A stretch of 63,349 nt of DNA, filler included, from Ministeria vibrans ATCC 50519 (taxonomy: Eukaryota > Protista > Filasterea), in the NCBI GenBank assembly GCA_943704425.1. It is 5 parts of 5 records of this genome, joined end to end, with 100 filler letters (N's around TTAATTAATTAA, not from the genome) between each part and the next. Parts side by side here need not be neighbours in the genome. Positions count along the whole stretch, not along the records: positions 1 to 31,925 come from CALSCP010000939.1; 4 more parts are not named here. One strand, given 5' to 3'. The stretch's first letter is position 1; every line of letters starts with the position of its first letter. The position numbers and the translations under genes are program-made. Under the pieces are notes generated by a model. The model saw only the letters and a program-made list of their open reading frames with translations, ran no database searches and was not told the origin of the DNA. Positions 1 through 15,406 of the stretch are shown in pieces.

Positions 1-43
<43 letters not shown>

Positions 44-49
44 AGGTTT

Positions 50-152
50 GTACCGCTTGTTGCAGCAGCGTTGACGTCTGTTCCACCCGAGATGAGTCGC
101 TCAATCAATCGAAGGTTTCCAGTGCGTGCAGCGGCATGCAGCTAAAGAAAGT

Positions 153-240
<88 letters not shown>

Positions 241-822
241 AGTGATAGAGAGAGAGAAAAACAAAGTGACAGAGAGAGAGAGAGAGAGAAACAAAGTGAT
301 AGAGAGAGAGAGAGAAACAAAGTGATAGAGAGAGAGAGAGAAAGAAACAAAGTGATAGAGGGAGAGAGAGAGAGAGGGTGGCGAGAGGACGAAAGAACGG
401 AGTGTCAGCTGAGCTCATCCGATTGTATCGCTCTCGTACCGGCACTTCGCCGTCGGCACTGCCGAGGTCTTTGAACTGTGCACCAGCATTGATCAGCTCC
501 AATGCAATTTCGTGGTTGTTCTTGCTGACAGCGTGGTAGAGCGGCGTGGCGTCGTCGTACATTTCATTCTGGAAACACCGCAAGTGCGAGAAAAAGCCGG
601 AATGAGATATTTCCTTGGAGGGGGGGAGGGGAGGGCAATAACAAGGCGCGTGGCGATGGGTGAAGAAGAAGGAGGTGGAGGAGGAGGAAGAGGAGAGCGA
701 GAGAGCGATCGTACAATGTCAAGCCCCTCGGAAACCAACGCAATGGCTTCTCTGGCCGCCTGAAGGTCGCCTGAGATCGCCGCCTTAGTGAGCTTCTTCA
801 GCGCTTTCTTCAGATTCACCAT
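50..822 (-). CDS. Ankyrin-repeat protein (5' part; runs off the window's left edge)
   Basis: Spliced exons MVNLKKALKKLTKAAISGDLQAAREAI / YDDATPLYHAVSKNNHEIALELINAGA / LIERLISGGTDVNAAAT match the ankyrin consensus (TPLH.A...G....V..LL..GADVN). Confidence 0.8.
230..360 (-). repeat. Cluster of the dispersed (CT)n-ATCACTTTGTTT element (representative locus)
   Basis: About five copies here; further clusters at ~9790-9880, 23385-23480, 38835-38925, 45440-46150 and 58945-59050. Confidence 0.85.
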
Positions 823-1152
823 TGAGCAAAAAATGTTGATCGTTGAAGAATCAGGTCAATTGTTTATTGTTGAATAGGTTTGTTTAGAATAGTCTACAAT
901 TACTCCTCACCCGCCCCCTCTTTGTGTCTTGGTCAACAATTGATGCGTACATTGTAGTGTTTATGTGTGTACATGTGTGTGTACTGAATACGTATAGAAT
1001 TTCGAGTATTTATTTTCGAGATTTTAGTTCAGAACGAGATGAATAATTCAATTGCCATCTCTTTAAAAACGACTCCTGTTGCGTACAATAATACAAATGA
1101 TTTCTATATTCCTCACGCACTCATCAAGTTACGTGCAAACTAATGACCATAC

Positions 1153-1279
1153 TCATATCATCGAGGCCTTTGCACGAGAAACGCGTTGAGCGTCACGCGA
1201 GACCACAAGCGATGTCATGACCGCACGAACTTGTCGAGCTGAGCGTGAGTCGCCCGTTGACGCAGTAGGCCTCCTCGCC

Positions 1280-1321
<42 letters not shown>

Positions 1322-1938
1322 AGAAGACGATGGCTTCGTTGTGAGTCGAGACACACATCGAGTGGATTTGGGTGCGAGGCGAGTTGACGTAGTTCGTCTG
1401 CTGCTCTGGCAATGCGCTGCGACGAAGAGACAGTCTCAAGAGCACGACGCGTCCGCTCACGACGCTCGCGCACCACACGTAGACGAACAAGCATATCCAT
1501 GGCAAACTGAGACGGACGGTTCTCTCGCTCCAGTCTCTTCTGCTGCTCCAGCCGTTGTCGTGTCTCGTCGTTGCCTTGCGCCACACGCGAAACCATCTTG
1601 TCAAATTGCGCCTGAATTTGTAGCCGTTCGATCAATTCAGAGGGCACAGTGGCATGTCGGCGGGTTATAGAGGACGTCCAGACATGGCGCTCGGGTGGTG
1701 CAAGTCGGTGTGCAGCCAGAGAAGACGAAAGACGCTCGCAGGTGCGACTCACAAACTCTTTCAACTCCCTGCTGGGAGTATCTGCCGCTTCAGCGACTGT
1801 TTTTCGTGCCTGAAGTCGGGCCAGCGTGGCTTCAACAAAGGCCCTGCACTGTGGTATCTCTGAGGCGAATTCAGAGGGAGTAGACGCGAGATCGTCGAGT
1901 TGCTCATTTTCGCCCCTTTCGCTACTCCTCGTTGCCAT
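1153..1938 (-). CDS. Hypothetical 261-aa single-exon protein, helical/coiled-coil with a poly-Thr tract
   Basis: ATG-initiated ORF with coding-like composition between AT-rich spacers; no family recognised. Confidence 0.6.
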
Positions 1939-2283
1939 TAATTAAGGTAAAAAGTCCCTTCTCCGTTATGTCGCTTTGCTTATACTCTATAAAAACTATA
2001 TAATGAATAATGAATGAATAATCAATAATCACTTTGCTTGATCCGTTGATCGGTTTCTTTAGTATTATATTTTTTTGAACTTTTTACTTTTGACTTGTGA
2101 CACATTTTCAAAAAAAAAATTCAAAAACAAACATGAGCTCAATTGACGAAACGCTGCCTCTCGATCTCGACGACGCGTACGTACAACCATAAAGCATCAC
2201 ATTCTAGTGTGTTTCTCGAGCGAGCAGTACACTCATGTGCCTCTATTCGCTCCTGTAGGACGGGCTTTCTGCACGACGCAACA

Positions 2284-5177
<2,894 letters not shown>

Positions 5178-5453
5178 AAAGATCCAATAATTATACTTTC
5201 GGCAATTCAATACTTTGACAATTCTTCGACAGACATTTTCAAACACCACAAAAAATCTTTCTTTTGAATCGAATAGAATACACAGCATTAACTTATCAAC
5301 CAGGTAAGAACGTGCACGTGGGAAAGCTAACGTGCAACCCATCGAAGATCATTAATCAACCACCAGTATTTTTTCCGACTGAATATTATTAAATTAATAT
5401 TGTACAACATTAAAATTGACACATCAACTTTCTGTTTTCAAGCGTTGCATTTT

Positions 5454-5755
5454 CAAGTACACGGAGTGCCATGTTAAGACTTAAGTACACGGAGTGCCAG
5501 TGAGTGTGCCAGTCCGTGTTGAGGGGGAAAATTTATGTCAAATAATAATTTTCGACCAGAACGATTTTGTTTTTGTCACCTCAGCTTTCTTTAATGTCAC
5601 TGCACTGTTGCAGCCCCCTCCCCATTCTCCCACAAGGATGATTCTGTGTTTTTCTACTTCTTTTGAGTAACGAAGAGCATGTTTACTCAAGATTCAACTT
5701 TCAGCATTTTTCAGCAATTCTCAGCAATTTTCAGCAATTTTCAGCAATTGTCAGC
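5454..5755. repeat. Short direct repeats: AAGTACACGGAGTGCCA x2 and ~6 tandem 10-mers TCAGCAATTT
   Basis: Read directly at ~5454-5500 and 5701-5755. Confidence 0.8.
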
Positions 5756-5977
5756 CAAAATATATTTGAGGGTACATTGTGACATAAGCGTACTCGTTTC
5801 TGCCCTGTCTATTTTTTTTTGCTGCACACTACAATAAAGAAGGCTACAATACCTTCTAAGTCGACTTGGCGTTGAGAGCTCTGCAATAATTTGAAATAAT
5901 CCTCAGTAAAATTCTCTTTATAATACGGAGTAGTCTGACTGAAGTTAGATTTTTCCACATCAGCCAAACTCCCACCA

Positions 5978-7199
5978 ATGGCAGGCTATGGAGTGGCGCA
6001 GAAGATGTGCACGCAAAAGTTTGGACTGGTTCAAAAAGACGCTAGCAATGAGGCGGCGAGAGAAGAGCTGGAATGGACTCTGCGACGCCCAATTGTCGAT
6101 GTGTCGAGTTTGCCCACAGAGCGAATTGTCGAAAAATGCCAAGCAGGCCACCACGTCTTGCACAGAGCGCTGAGCACAAACGTATCTCCACGTAGGAACA
6201 AAAAAGAGAGCAACTGCAGTCTGAGTGAGAGAATGAGAGTGCTCACGTTGTGATTTCTCCCCTTCTATTAATTTTTATATTGTGTCGATTTTCTATCATA
6301 ATTGTTCTTGTGTATCTGATGGAAATCTGGTGCCTATTGCATCAGTTGTCTGGTCGTCAGCCAACTTGTCTCCTCTTTTTTTCGACGCTCTTGTAGCTTA
6401 GAAAGTAATTATTCCTAATAACATTATTGTTATTATTGTTGTTGTTGTTATGAATTTGTTACTGATTATAATAATTTATTACTACTTAGGTCTCGCGATG
6501 GGAGCCTTCAATCACTTCAATGTGTCAAGTTCGTTGAAACTGAAAGACTACCTCGTAAATTTCCCCGGAAAGGACTTGGTGGTCGTGCAAGACTGCGAGA
6601 AGCTTTTTAGTGACATGTTCACAAAGCCGTCTCTGATTGAGCAGTTTCTTGGTCACGAGCTCAAGAGCCAACGCGCGCAATATCATGATGAAACCTTTGC
6701 CTATTTCTACCAACTGTTTTTCTACGAGCTACCTTCCGGTCCCTACGCAGAAGATCGCATTGTGCTCACGGTCGGCAGCTCGCCTGTGGTCGAAGGCAGA
6801 TACCAACAGGAACCGTCAATCTACCTCTCGTACTTCCCCAGAGCCAACAATCTGCAGACGGGGGTAACGTTGCCGCCTCCCATTGAGGACGCACCGCTAT
6901 TGAGCAAGAGCGTTGTCTTCATTTATGCTGAGTCTTGCCCAGCTGATCGTGAAGGACACACCGAGTACGAACACGACGAAATCGCAAAGTGGCTCGAGAA
7001 GCAGTGCAACGAGGTGTTTGGTAAAGAGACGCTCTGTGCGTACACCGAGTCTTCATGCACCCTGTTCTGGTGTGAATTGCCCGCTTTGTCAGAGAGATCG
7101 GGGCAAAGTGACGAGCAGGAGGCGGAGAGACTAGTGACCCACATTAACGAGAACGGACTCGAGCGCGTGTATGTTTGGGTGGGGAAACTCGGTAATTAA
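5978..7199 (+). CDS. Hypothetical protein (orphan), probably 2-3 exons, long last exon 6491-7199
   Basis: ORF 5978-6253 plus a 236-codon open exon after the TTAG acceptor at ~6490; globular-looking composition, no family recognised. Confidence 0.6.
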
Positions 7200-7587
7200 T
7201 ATTGGATTGTTTCCTTACTTAACTTGACTGACCAAGGCCATTTCGTTGTATTTTTTAGATTCGCAACTTACAAAAAAATTCCGCGGGGACACTGAATAAT
7301 TTAATAGATAGGAGGAGCAAAACAATATTAGTAAACAAGAAAAACGTCATTAAATTTTAATAATATAATATTTTATTATTATTGTAACTATTATTATTGC
7401 ACTACGTACCCACCTGCCAACAGGAGATGCTTTGAGCATCTGAGAGACAACAACCTGCATTGTTAATTATTGGAGACTTCTTTTTACATAAATCGGGATA
7501 ATTGATAATTGATGCAACCTCAAAGACTAGAACGAGGAAAAAAAAAAAAAAAAACAAACACAGTAAAACCAACTGTTTTTTTTTTGT

Positions 7588-8699
7588 TTATTGCATAGTG
7601 AGGACGACGCGGTACCGTGCCTGGCCCGACATCATACGGTCAAAGGCTGGTTTGACATCATCAAACTTGTACTTTTCGCAGTGAACGCGGATGGCGTTGT
7701 CGCGCATAAAGCGCATGGTGCGTTCGCAGTCGTGGTTGTCACCGGCCTGGCTACCAATGAGCCTGACGCCACGAATGATGAGGTGCACGACGCCAATAGT
7801 CACGTCCATGGTGCCACCCCCGACGCCAATCGCCACCAGTGTACCCCCTGGCGCAATCCCGTCGGCGAGCGGACCAATCGCCGGACAGCTGGGAGCCGTG
7901 GCCAGGATCGCGTTGGCGCCACCCATGGCTTGCAGGCGCGCCGTGACGTCCTCAGTCGCCGCGTCAATGTACTCCTCGGCACCCAGCTCCTTGGCGGCCG
8001 CCGCACAGTCGCCCATGGAGACGGCGACGACGCGGAAGCCCATTTTGCGCGCAAATTGAACGCCCAAGTGGCCCAGACCACCGAGGCCTTGGATAACAAC
8101 GAGGTCGCCGGGGCTCGCGTTGGAATTGCGCAGGCCATTAAAGACGGTGACGCCCGCACACATGGCCGGCGCAATTTCATCGAGTGCGAGACCGTCGGGA
8201 ACGCGCGCAATCAGCGAGGCCTTTACGCACGCGTACTCTGCGTACCCTCCATCCATCCTGCACCCATGTCCTTTGTGCTCTGGGCAGCTCATGTGCAGGC
8301 TTTGTACACACGCCCCGCACGACCCACACGCGTCGCCGTAAAAGGCCACACCGACACGATCGCCCTCCTTCCACTGGCTCACCCCGTCACCAACCGTGTG
8401 CACCGTCCCAGCAAACTCGTGTCCAGGCACCCGCGGCCACGTAATAAGGCCTGGCGGCACCTCTCCACTTGCGACCATGGCATCCCTGGAAAACATACAC
8501 ACAGTTCACACACAGTGTTCACACACCGTCTCACCCACACGGTGACACCCACACCATTTCCTTACGTGTGACACACTCCGCAGGCGGCAACACGAATGAC
8601 AACCTCGCCTGCTCCAGGAGTTGGAATGGGCCTTTCGGTCTTCACAAAGGGGTTCTCGCCACCGGGCGTCTCGACGACCCAACACTTGTATGTAGCCAT
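7588..8699 (-). CDS. Zinc-dependent medium-chain alcohol dehydrogenase (CAD-like/AdhP-type), 2 exons
   Basis: Catalytic Zn motifs ACGVCH|RD and PGHEFAG; structural Zn CGSCGAC...C; CAGVT; Rossmann GLGGLG; one intron at ~8488-8567. Confidence 0.95.
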
Positions 8700-9361
8700 A
8701 TTTGATGTTCACTTTCACTTTCTGTTCCGGCAAGACAAAGAAATACACGTTGATATCAGTGTATGTACACGCCGATGCAGTGAAAAACAGCGTCGTGGCA
8801 CGCGTACCCCCAGAACGTTGCCCATTCAATCGCTTTGCAATTGTAAACACTGTTTGTTGTTTGTTTGTTGATTTTTCTCCTCCAAAACGCTACTGTGCTA
8901 TTAACTGCCCTTCCCACTCACAAACACGCAGCGCAGTTGAGTGATGTAACCCGGCCTGGCGTCTTGAGGCGTGTGAGTACACACTGAGCCAGAAACCAAA
9001 CATTAACTCATCGCCTCGTACAAACAAGAAAGCGATCAAGTAACGCGCCAGTCGGCAGTCGCCACCCCAACCCAATGAACCCATTGCGCACAGACGCCAC
9101 AAGAATTCTCGTTTGAAACTTGAAAGCGGTTTTTATGGCAGATTCTTCTTCAGATAACTTAAACGCGCAAAAACCATTCCCTCTCAAGCCGATTGCTCTA
9201 ACAGGCAATAAAATAAATAACAGGTCTTAGAGAGCCCGTCTTACTGATAGTTTGCAGAAAATAAAACTGTTTTTCTTTTTACTTTTTAGTTTCTGAAAGC
9301 ATTGCTGATTAAATGCTGAAACTTAATAAATAATTCTTTTCTTCGTCACTCATCAGTCATC

Positions 9362-9735
9362 ATGTCGCACGCAAGCGAAGAGAACCTCAAGGCGGCCTTC
9401 CGGTCGTTCGACAAGGACGGCAGCGGCTCAATCGACGCCAGCGAACACACCGCAGTGCTCATCAAGGCCGGCCTCGACAAGGCCACTGCCGAGCAGATGA
9501 GCGCCGACTTCATGAAGGTTGCCGACAAGGACGGCGATGGCAAGGTCTGAGGGAGGGAGAGAAAAAAAAAAAAAGATTTTGTTTGTACTTCTTTCTTTGC
9601 GCCCCATCTACTGGTCGAACCGACGCTCCGTTGCCTGAAACAGCAAGCCTTTGTTGTATTATTGTAAACCCTCTTGCCGTATTGTCCGTATAGGTGACTA
9701 TGGAGGAGTTTCTGGCGGCATCGAAAAAAGCTTGA
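9362..9735 (+). CDS. Small two-EF-hand calcium-binding protein
   Basis: Loops DKDGSGSIDASE and DKDGDGK|VTMEE, the second split by an intron at ~9545-9692. Confidence 0.9.
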
Positions 9736-9878
9736 ACTTGTATCAACGAATACACAACAAAATAATCTGAACATCCCACTCACTCTCCTCTCTCTCTATC
9801 ACTTTGTTTCTCTCTCTCTATCACTTTGTTTCTCTCTCTCTCTATCACTTTGTTTCTTTCCTCTCTCTATCACTTTGC

Positions 9879-9961
<83 letters not shown>

Positions 9962-10110
9962 ACACACACACTTACTTACTCACTGATCCACTCACTCACA
10001 CACCACAAAGACGCACACACACACTGCATTGCTCTCTCTCTCTATCATTTTTTGACTCGGGTCTTCCTTCTCTTTTGTCGTTTCGTCGCAACAAAAATTA
10101 ATACTGTACT

Positions 10111-13100
10111 TTACACGGAAGAGTCATCGACAGCGCCACCAAAGCGGCGTCGACGGTTTAGAGGCGAAATCACACTGTCGCTGTCGACAGAGACATTGCG
10201 CGAGTGACGTCCCAACACAACAGAGCCACTGGTGACCTTGGCCTCCATGGCGGGCAGCACAGCCTGCTGTTCGGGCTGTGGCACTGCTGCTGGCTCCACT
10301 TTGCCTTGGATTGCCGAAATATGCTGCTCATACCCATCAGTGATCATCTACACAAAAACAAAAGAAAATAAAAACATGAGAAGGATGTTTTTTTTTTTTC
10401 GTACCTGAGCATTGGTCTTTGGGGCAAGTTTCTGCTTTGCACGATCCGACGCCCGACCAGCCACAAACACGCGAGTGGAGTCAATGCCCAGTTCCTCATA
10501 GTGCGCAATGTCCTTGCCGCTCCCATAGGCCGCAACATACTCAACGCCGGTCCGTTCACGCGTCTCACGCAACCACTGAGCCTATGACACACACACACAC
10601 AAGACAGTTATCAGTTACTCCCCCCTTTGCTTTCTCTTTTTATTTACCTTTTGCTTGGTCGGGTCCTTGGAGAGTGTCTCGCGCAGACTCACCACTCCAT
10701 TCGGGAAAGAGTGCTAATACACAAACCACAACGTCAATATCTTCGTCCCTCTCTCTATCAGTTTGTCACTTTCGCTCTTTCTATCACTTTCTCTCTCTCC
10801 TCTCTCATATTTTTCGTACCTTGTGCAGCCAATTGACAACCGACCTAAGCTGAATCTTTGGACGGCCACTAATGTAGATGATAAGATAGCCCAAATTGGC
10901 CCAAAACCGCGCAAGTTCAACAGAGCCCCGCTGCAATACCAAAAATAAAAAATAAAAAATAATAAGTACACACTCACTTTTGACTATTCTGCTTTGCAAC
11001 TGACTTGGATGCGAGGAGATGCGCCTGAAATAGACGCAGTTGCAGCAAAGGAGCCGTCAATGGCAAAGATGACGGCCTGGGAGTGCTCGGGAAGCACAAA
11101 GATGTTGCATGACGTGGTGGAGTGGTCGCCACGCACGACAAACTTGACGGGATAGACGCCCACGCCGAGGGTCACGTCATCGTCCGAGTTGATCGTGAGC
11201 TCAATGCGTCCGTGTGAGTTGGTCTTAGCCGTGCCCACGCGCAACCACTCGTCGTGCGGCGGTGCGCGACACACAAACACGACCACTTCCTCCCCCGACA
11301 GCGTCACATAGTCGAGTGCGCCGTACGAGAAGCGCCCGCTCAGCTGCACTGGCTCGCCCTGTCGCACCACCACGTCCGCCGCACGGTGGTTTGCGTAGAA
11401 GCCCTTGATCTTGAAGCGTGTGCGTGTGCGCAGCCACGCCATGCGCGGCTCGCGCATCGTAAATGGCACACTTGTGACAGCAAGTGACGCGTCCGGCGAA
11501 ATGTCGCCGTCGTGCTGAATCAGTTCGCGCACAATAAACGCCGCCACATCCGCCGACTCCCAGTAGCTTGCGTGTAGAATGTGCATCAGGGCGTACGATG
11601 GAAAGTTGTCGAGACCATCGGGACAGGCAACGTGAAAGTCAAGACGTCGCGGAATCGCATCGACACCCCACCAGCGCGCACGCACTCGCTCCAGGGCCTC
11701 CGACCGCACATCTTCATTGGTGGCACTACTACCGCCCCCTGCCGCAGTGGACACCGTCGACAGAATCGACACATTGCTGCCACTGTTGCTAGTGAAGGCG
11801 CCAGTTGTCGTCGCAGCGGGTGCACTGGTCGCGACTGTGTACAGCGACAGAGCAGTCGTGTCGGTGTCGGAGCGACCAAGCACCGCACACAGCCACTCCA
11901 CCACACGCGAGTGTTGTGCCGACATGGTGTGCGGAGGGCAGCCAAGAATGTCGGCAGCACGCGCAGAGTTGCCGTACGCAATGGCATTAGCCGACTGCTT
12001 GGTGGCGCACACAGCACCCTCGATGGAGACACCCTTGCACACGGTGTCGGCGCCATAAACAGCATACGAGAGGACGTCGGCATTCGGCATTGGGTCGTCC
12101 GTTGTTGTTGTCAGCGTCTCGTCAAGCGACAACGACGACTTGTTCTCGGACAGCAGCGGCTTGAGTGTCGTGTGCACACTGACTGGACCTGCAGCACTCG
12201 TCACGGCGTCGCCCAGTGTGAACATGTCGAGCGACACGAGTCGGTCAAGGACATGTGGCGACATGATGAGAAGGACAATCTGTTGGGCGGGAACGCTTTC
12301 GTCGCTCAGGTTGCCACTGCTGCCCTGTTGATGCTGCTGAGAGGCGCGCAACGTTCCGGGTGAGCCGGCCGCCGAGTTGGACAGTGTTGAGCGCCGTGTG
12401 CCCGGAGGGTGGTGATGGTGGTGCTGGTGGCTGTAAAAGGGCGACGAGGGAAGCGCATTGAAGGTGTCGTCGGGGAGTGCGTGCAGGGCGACGGCGAGAG
12501 GCGCAGACCAGTTGGCACTGCTGACCACACCGTGTCCAATGCGTGCCCACACGGAACCAACCGCGGCGGGGCGCTGTTGAAGCACGTTGGTGTGCACAAT
12601 GGTGGCAATCACAATGCCACAGGCACGCGACATGACATCTTGAGGCACCGAGGCACGCACGCCATTGATGAGAACGCTACGAATGATGGAGCCATCGACA
12701 AACTGGTCGGCGCACAGATCTGTGTCCGATACTGAGTCCATGGCAACGGCGCGTGGAGGTTGTCGCGCAAAGAGCTTCTCGTGGCGTTGCACCGCGTCCT
12801 CAAGTGTCTGCGGTGTCTGCAGTCCCAGTGGGAACTCTTGATAGCTGGGCACAACAGCCGGGTCAATCTTGCGAAAGGGAGCGCACAACAGCGGCTCAAT
12901 GCGACCCGCGAGCATGTCAGCACGCAACACCAGGTTGTAGAACTGGCTGCAGGCGGGCGGTGGCGGCACGCTGCCTGTCTCGTTTTGCAGACGGGCCATC
13001 ATGAGAGGGATGGGCGAGCCCAGCGTGAAGAGCAGGTGCACATCAAAGTCAAATGTGCTGTGTGCTTCGCGCATGGTCACAATGTCAAAGACGGCCATGC

Positions 13101-15172
13101 CCCCAACACTGTCACCGACAATGGAGACGCGGCCCGAAAAGCCCGGATGAGCCTGGAGCACACGCGCATAGGCAGCATTGCACTGGGAAACCACATGACG
13201 CACCATTTGACGGTACTCAAGACTCGACAGGGCAAACAGAGCGAGCGTGGAGGGAGCAATTTGCTCGGGGCGCGTGTGCATGAGCACCGAACGCAACTGG
13301 CGATGGACACCCTTGCCCAGCGACGGACACAACACCGACTCAAAGGCAAGACGTTTCCCCGACGCCCCATAGTGCAACCCCAACACAGCACGCGCCTGCT
13401 GCACCAGCGTCTCATGCTCCACCGCCACATCGTCCACGTCGCTCGTGTCCATGGCAAACGCAAGACACTCTCCGTGCACAATAATCACAATGTCTGTTGG
13501 TGCATACGTTGTAGACGCATGCGAGCGACTCGCAGGTCGTTCACACGCCGGATCTTCACCCTCTACGAACGACCAAAGCAAAAAAAAAAAAAAAAAAAAA
13601 AAAGAGAAATAAAAAGAAAAGAGCACGACACACATAATTGTTATGGTTTTTTCACGCGTCCTTTTGTTTCTCACCTGGCGCATCAAAAAACTCGTCATCG
13701 TCGTCGTCACTGTCGTCCTGGGCCTCTTCGGCAATCAGGGTGGCTTGACGGTCAAGCTCGCGTCGTTTGATGGACTCGCGACGCAGACGGGTTGCCGATT
13801 CGCCGTTTTCGACCTCGAGTGAGCGAAGACGATCAATGGCGACGGACGAGCGTCCTTCGGCAGCGGGCAGACTGATGACAGAGACAGAGAAGTCCTGTGG
13901 AGTGGTTGGAATTGACGTGGTAGCACTGGAGGACTGACCGTGGTGAACAGCAGAGGCGCTCAAAGTCAATGGGGAGGGCGGAGCACCCGCGTGTTTGGGC
14001 GCAATGGTAACGTGACGCGGTTGCTTGGGAGGCTCTTCGGCTTTGCCAAAGACGTGTGCGAGTGCTTGTGCTGTCTCCACTTCGTAGTTGCGAATGTCGC
14101 CAATGGTCATGCCGTGGTACTCGTCTTGCCAGGCCCACGCCTGGCGATGTGCGACGACCATGGTGTTGCGCAGACCGTGCGCGTCAATGAAGCGCTCAAG
14201 TTTCGTCTGGAAGCCCCAGTACTTGGCTTCGATACGGCACAACTTGTAGGCGCACATGATGGTGGGGTGCTCGTCGAGCCAGTTGGCCGTGAGCGGTCCG
14301 CGACCCGTCCGCGCCGACTGGAACAGCTTGGGGTCTTCGGCAGCGACGTACTTGCCCGAGGGCACCGCATCGTTGACAAGGTCCATGTACTCCACCTCGC
14401 GCTGCGCCAACTCGTCCGCACCCAAGTTGAAGACGTTCTCTTGCTCACCGCGATCGTCAAAGTACATCGTTTCGACGTCGAGCGAAAAGTTTTTCAGAAA
14501 GGCCGTTGTGAACTTGGTGCGAGTGTACGGATAGTCGTTCCATGCCTGTAAAGAGAAAGAGAGAGAAAGAGAGCGAGAGAGAGAGAGAGAGAGAGCCAGC
14601 AGGCTCGTCAGTCAAACTGCACATTGCAATCCCACAGCAACTGCTAGCGCGCCATTCGTGCGCACCGCAAAACGGTCTCAGATCGCACACAAAGTCCCTT
14701 TTTCGCTTGGCACAATTAAAAAAAAGAAAGAAAAAAAAAAAAAAAAAAACAAGCACTGACCTCTTCGGAAAGACTGAGGGCAGTTTTGGGCACAAGCTGC
14801 TTCACCCAGCCTGGAAGACGCTTGCCGATATGGTACGTCTTCTGCGTGTACTGTCCTTGGCCGGACGGGCCCGGACCATCTTCGTACGGCCGGTTAACGT
14901 GGATTTCAATGCCGCTGGGCACGACAAAGAGCAAGGAGAAGGTCAGTGCGATGTCATCGAGAGCATGGGGGGAAGGAAGCAATCAGAGGATTTTCGTCAA
15001 ATGCGAAAGATGACGTTATTATTTTTTTTTTATTTTGGTCTTATTCTGCCAAACCTTACCTGCCGGCGCCTTCGCTCTCATGGCGACTCTTCTTGGCAAT
15101 CATATACAGCTGGGCGATGCGGTACTCGTCCACCGTCATGGGCATATAGATGCGATACTCCTTGATCAACAT
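10111..15172 (-). CDS. PITPNM: Membrane-associated phosphatidylinositol transfer protein (Nir/RdgB-alpha): PITP, FFAT, DDHD and LNS2 domains
   Basis: N-terminus MLIKEYRIYMPMTVDEYRIAQLYMIAK; QSARTGRGPL...MCAYKLC; FFAT motif DDDDEFFDAP; GDSVGG; LFTLGSP; HASYWESADVAAF; LNS2 VIFAIDGSF and AAYGSGKD. Confidence 0.95.
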
Positions 15173-15406
15173 TGCACTGCTGTTCGCTCCCGCACGCAAT
15201 CGGTAGAGGGTTCACAGAGGCTGCAGCGAGCGAAGGTTGTGCGCAATGGGAAGGCCGAAGTATATAATTAATGTCAAGTGAACTCATTACTCACTGAACT
15301 GGAACTTCTTTCCTTACTGTCTCATTTTATCACAAAAGTCGCCAAATTTAAAAAATTTAGAAAAAAAAAACAATTGTTTCTTTTAGTACTGCTTTCTTTA
15401 CACTCT

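Noticed and set aside
101-474. ORFs made of LSLSLS/RERERE runs (also at 4638, 9804, 36534, 38599, 45009, 53497)
   Set aside because: Translations of intronic or intergenic (CT)n/(GA)n microsatellites.
1928-1940. GTTGCCAT half X-box at the orphan's start codon
   Set aside because: It coincides with the codons ATG-GCA-AC and is only a half-site; likely chance.
7591-8571. 326-aa antisense ORF over the ADH
   Set aside because: A common consequence of high GC3 codon bias; no family features.
9790-9880. CRISPR-like or tetO-like reading of the CTCTATCAC repeats
   Set aside because: The spacers are only (CT)n, there are no unique spacers or cas genes, the context is eukaryotic, and only a half-site resembles tetO with no palindrome.
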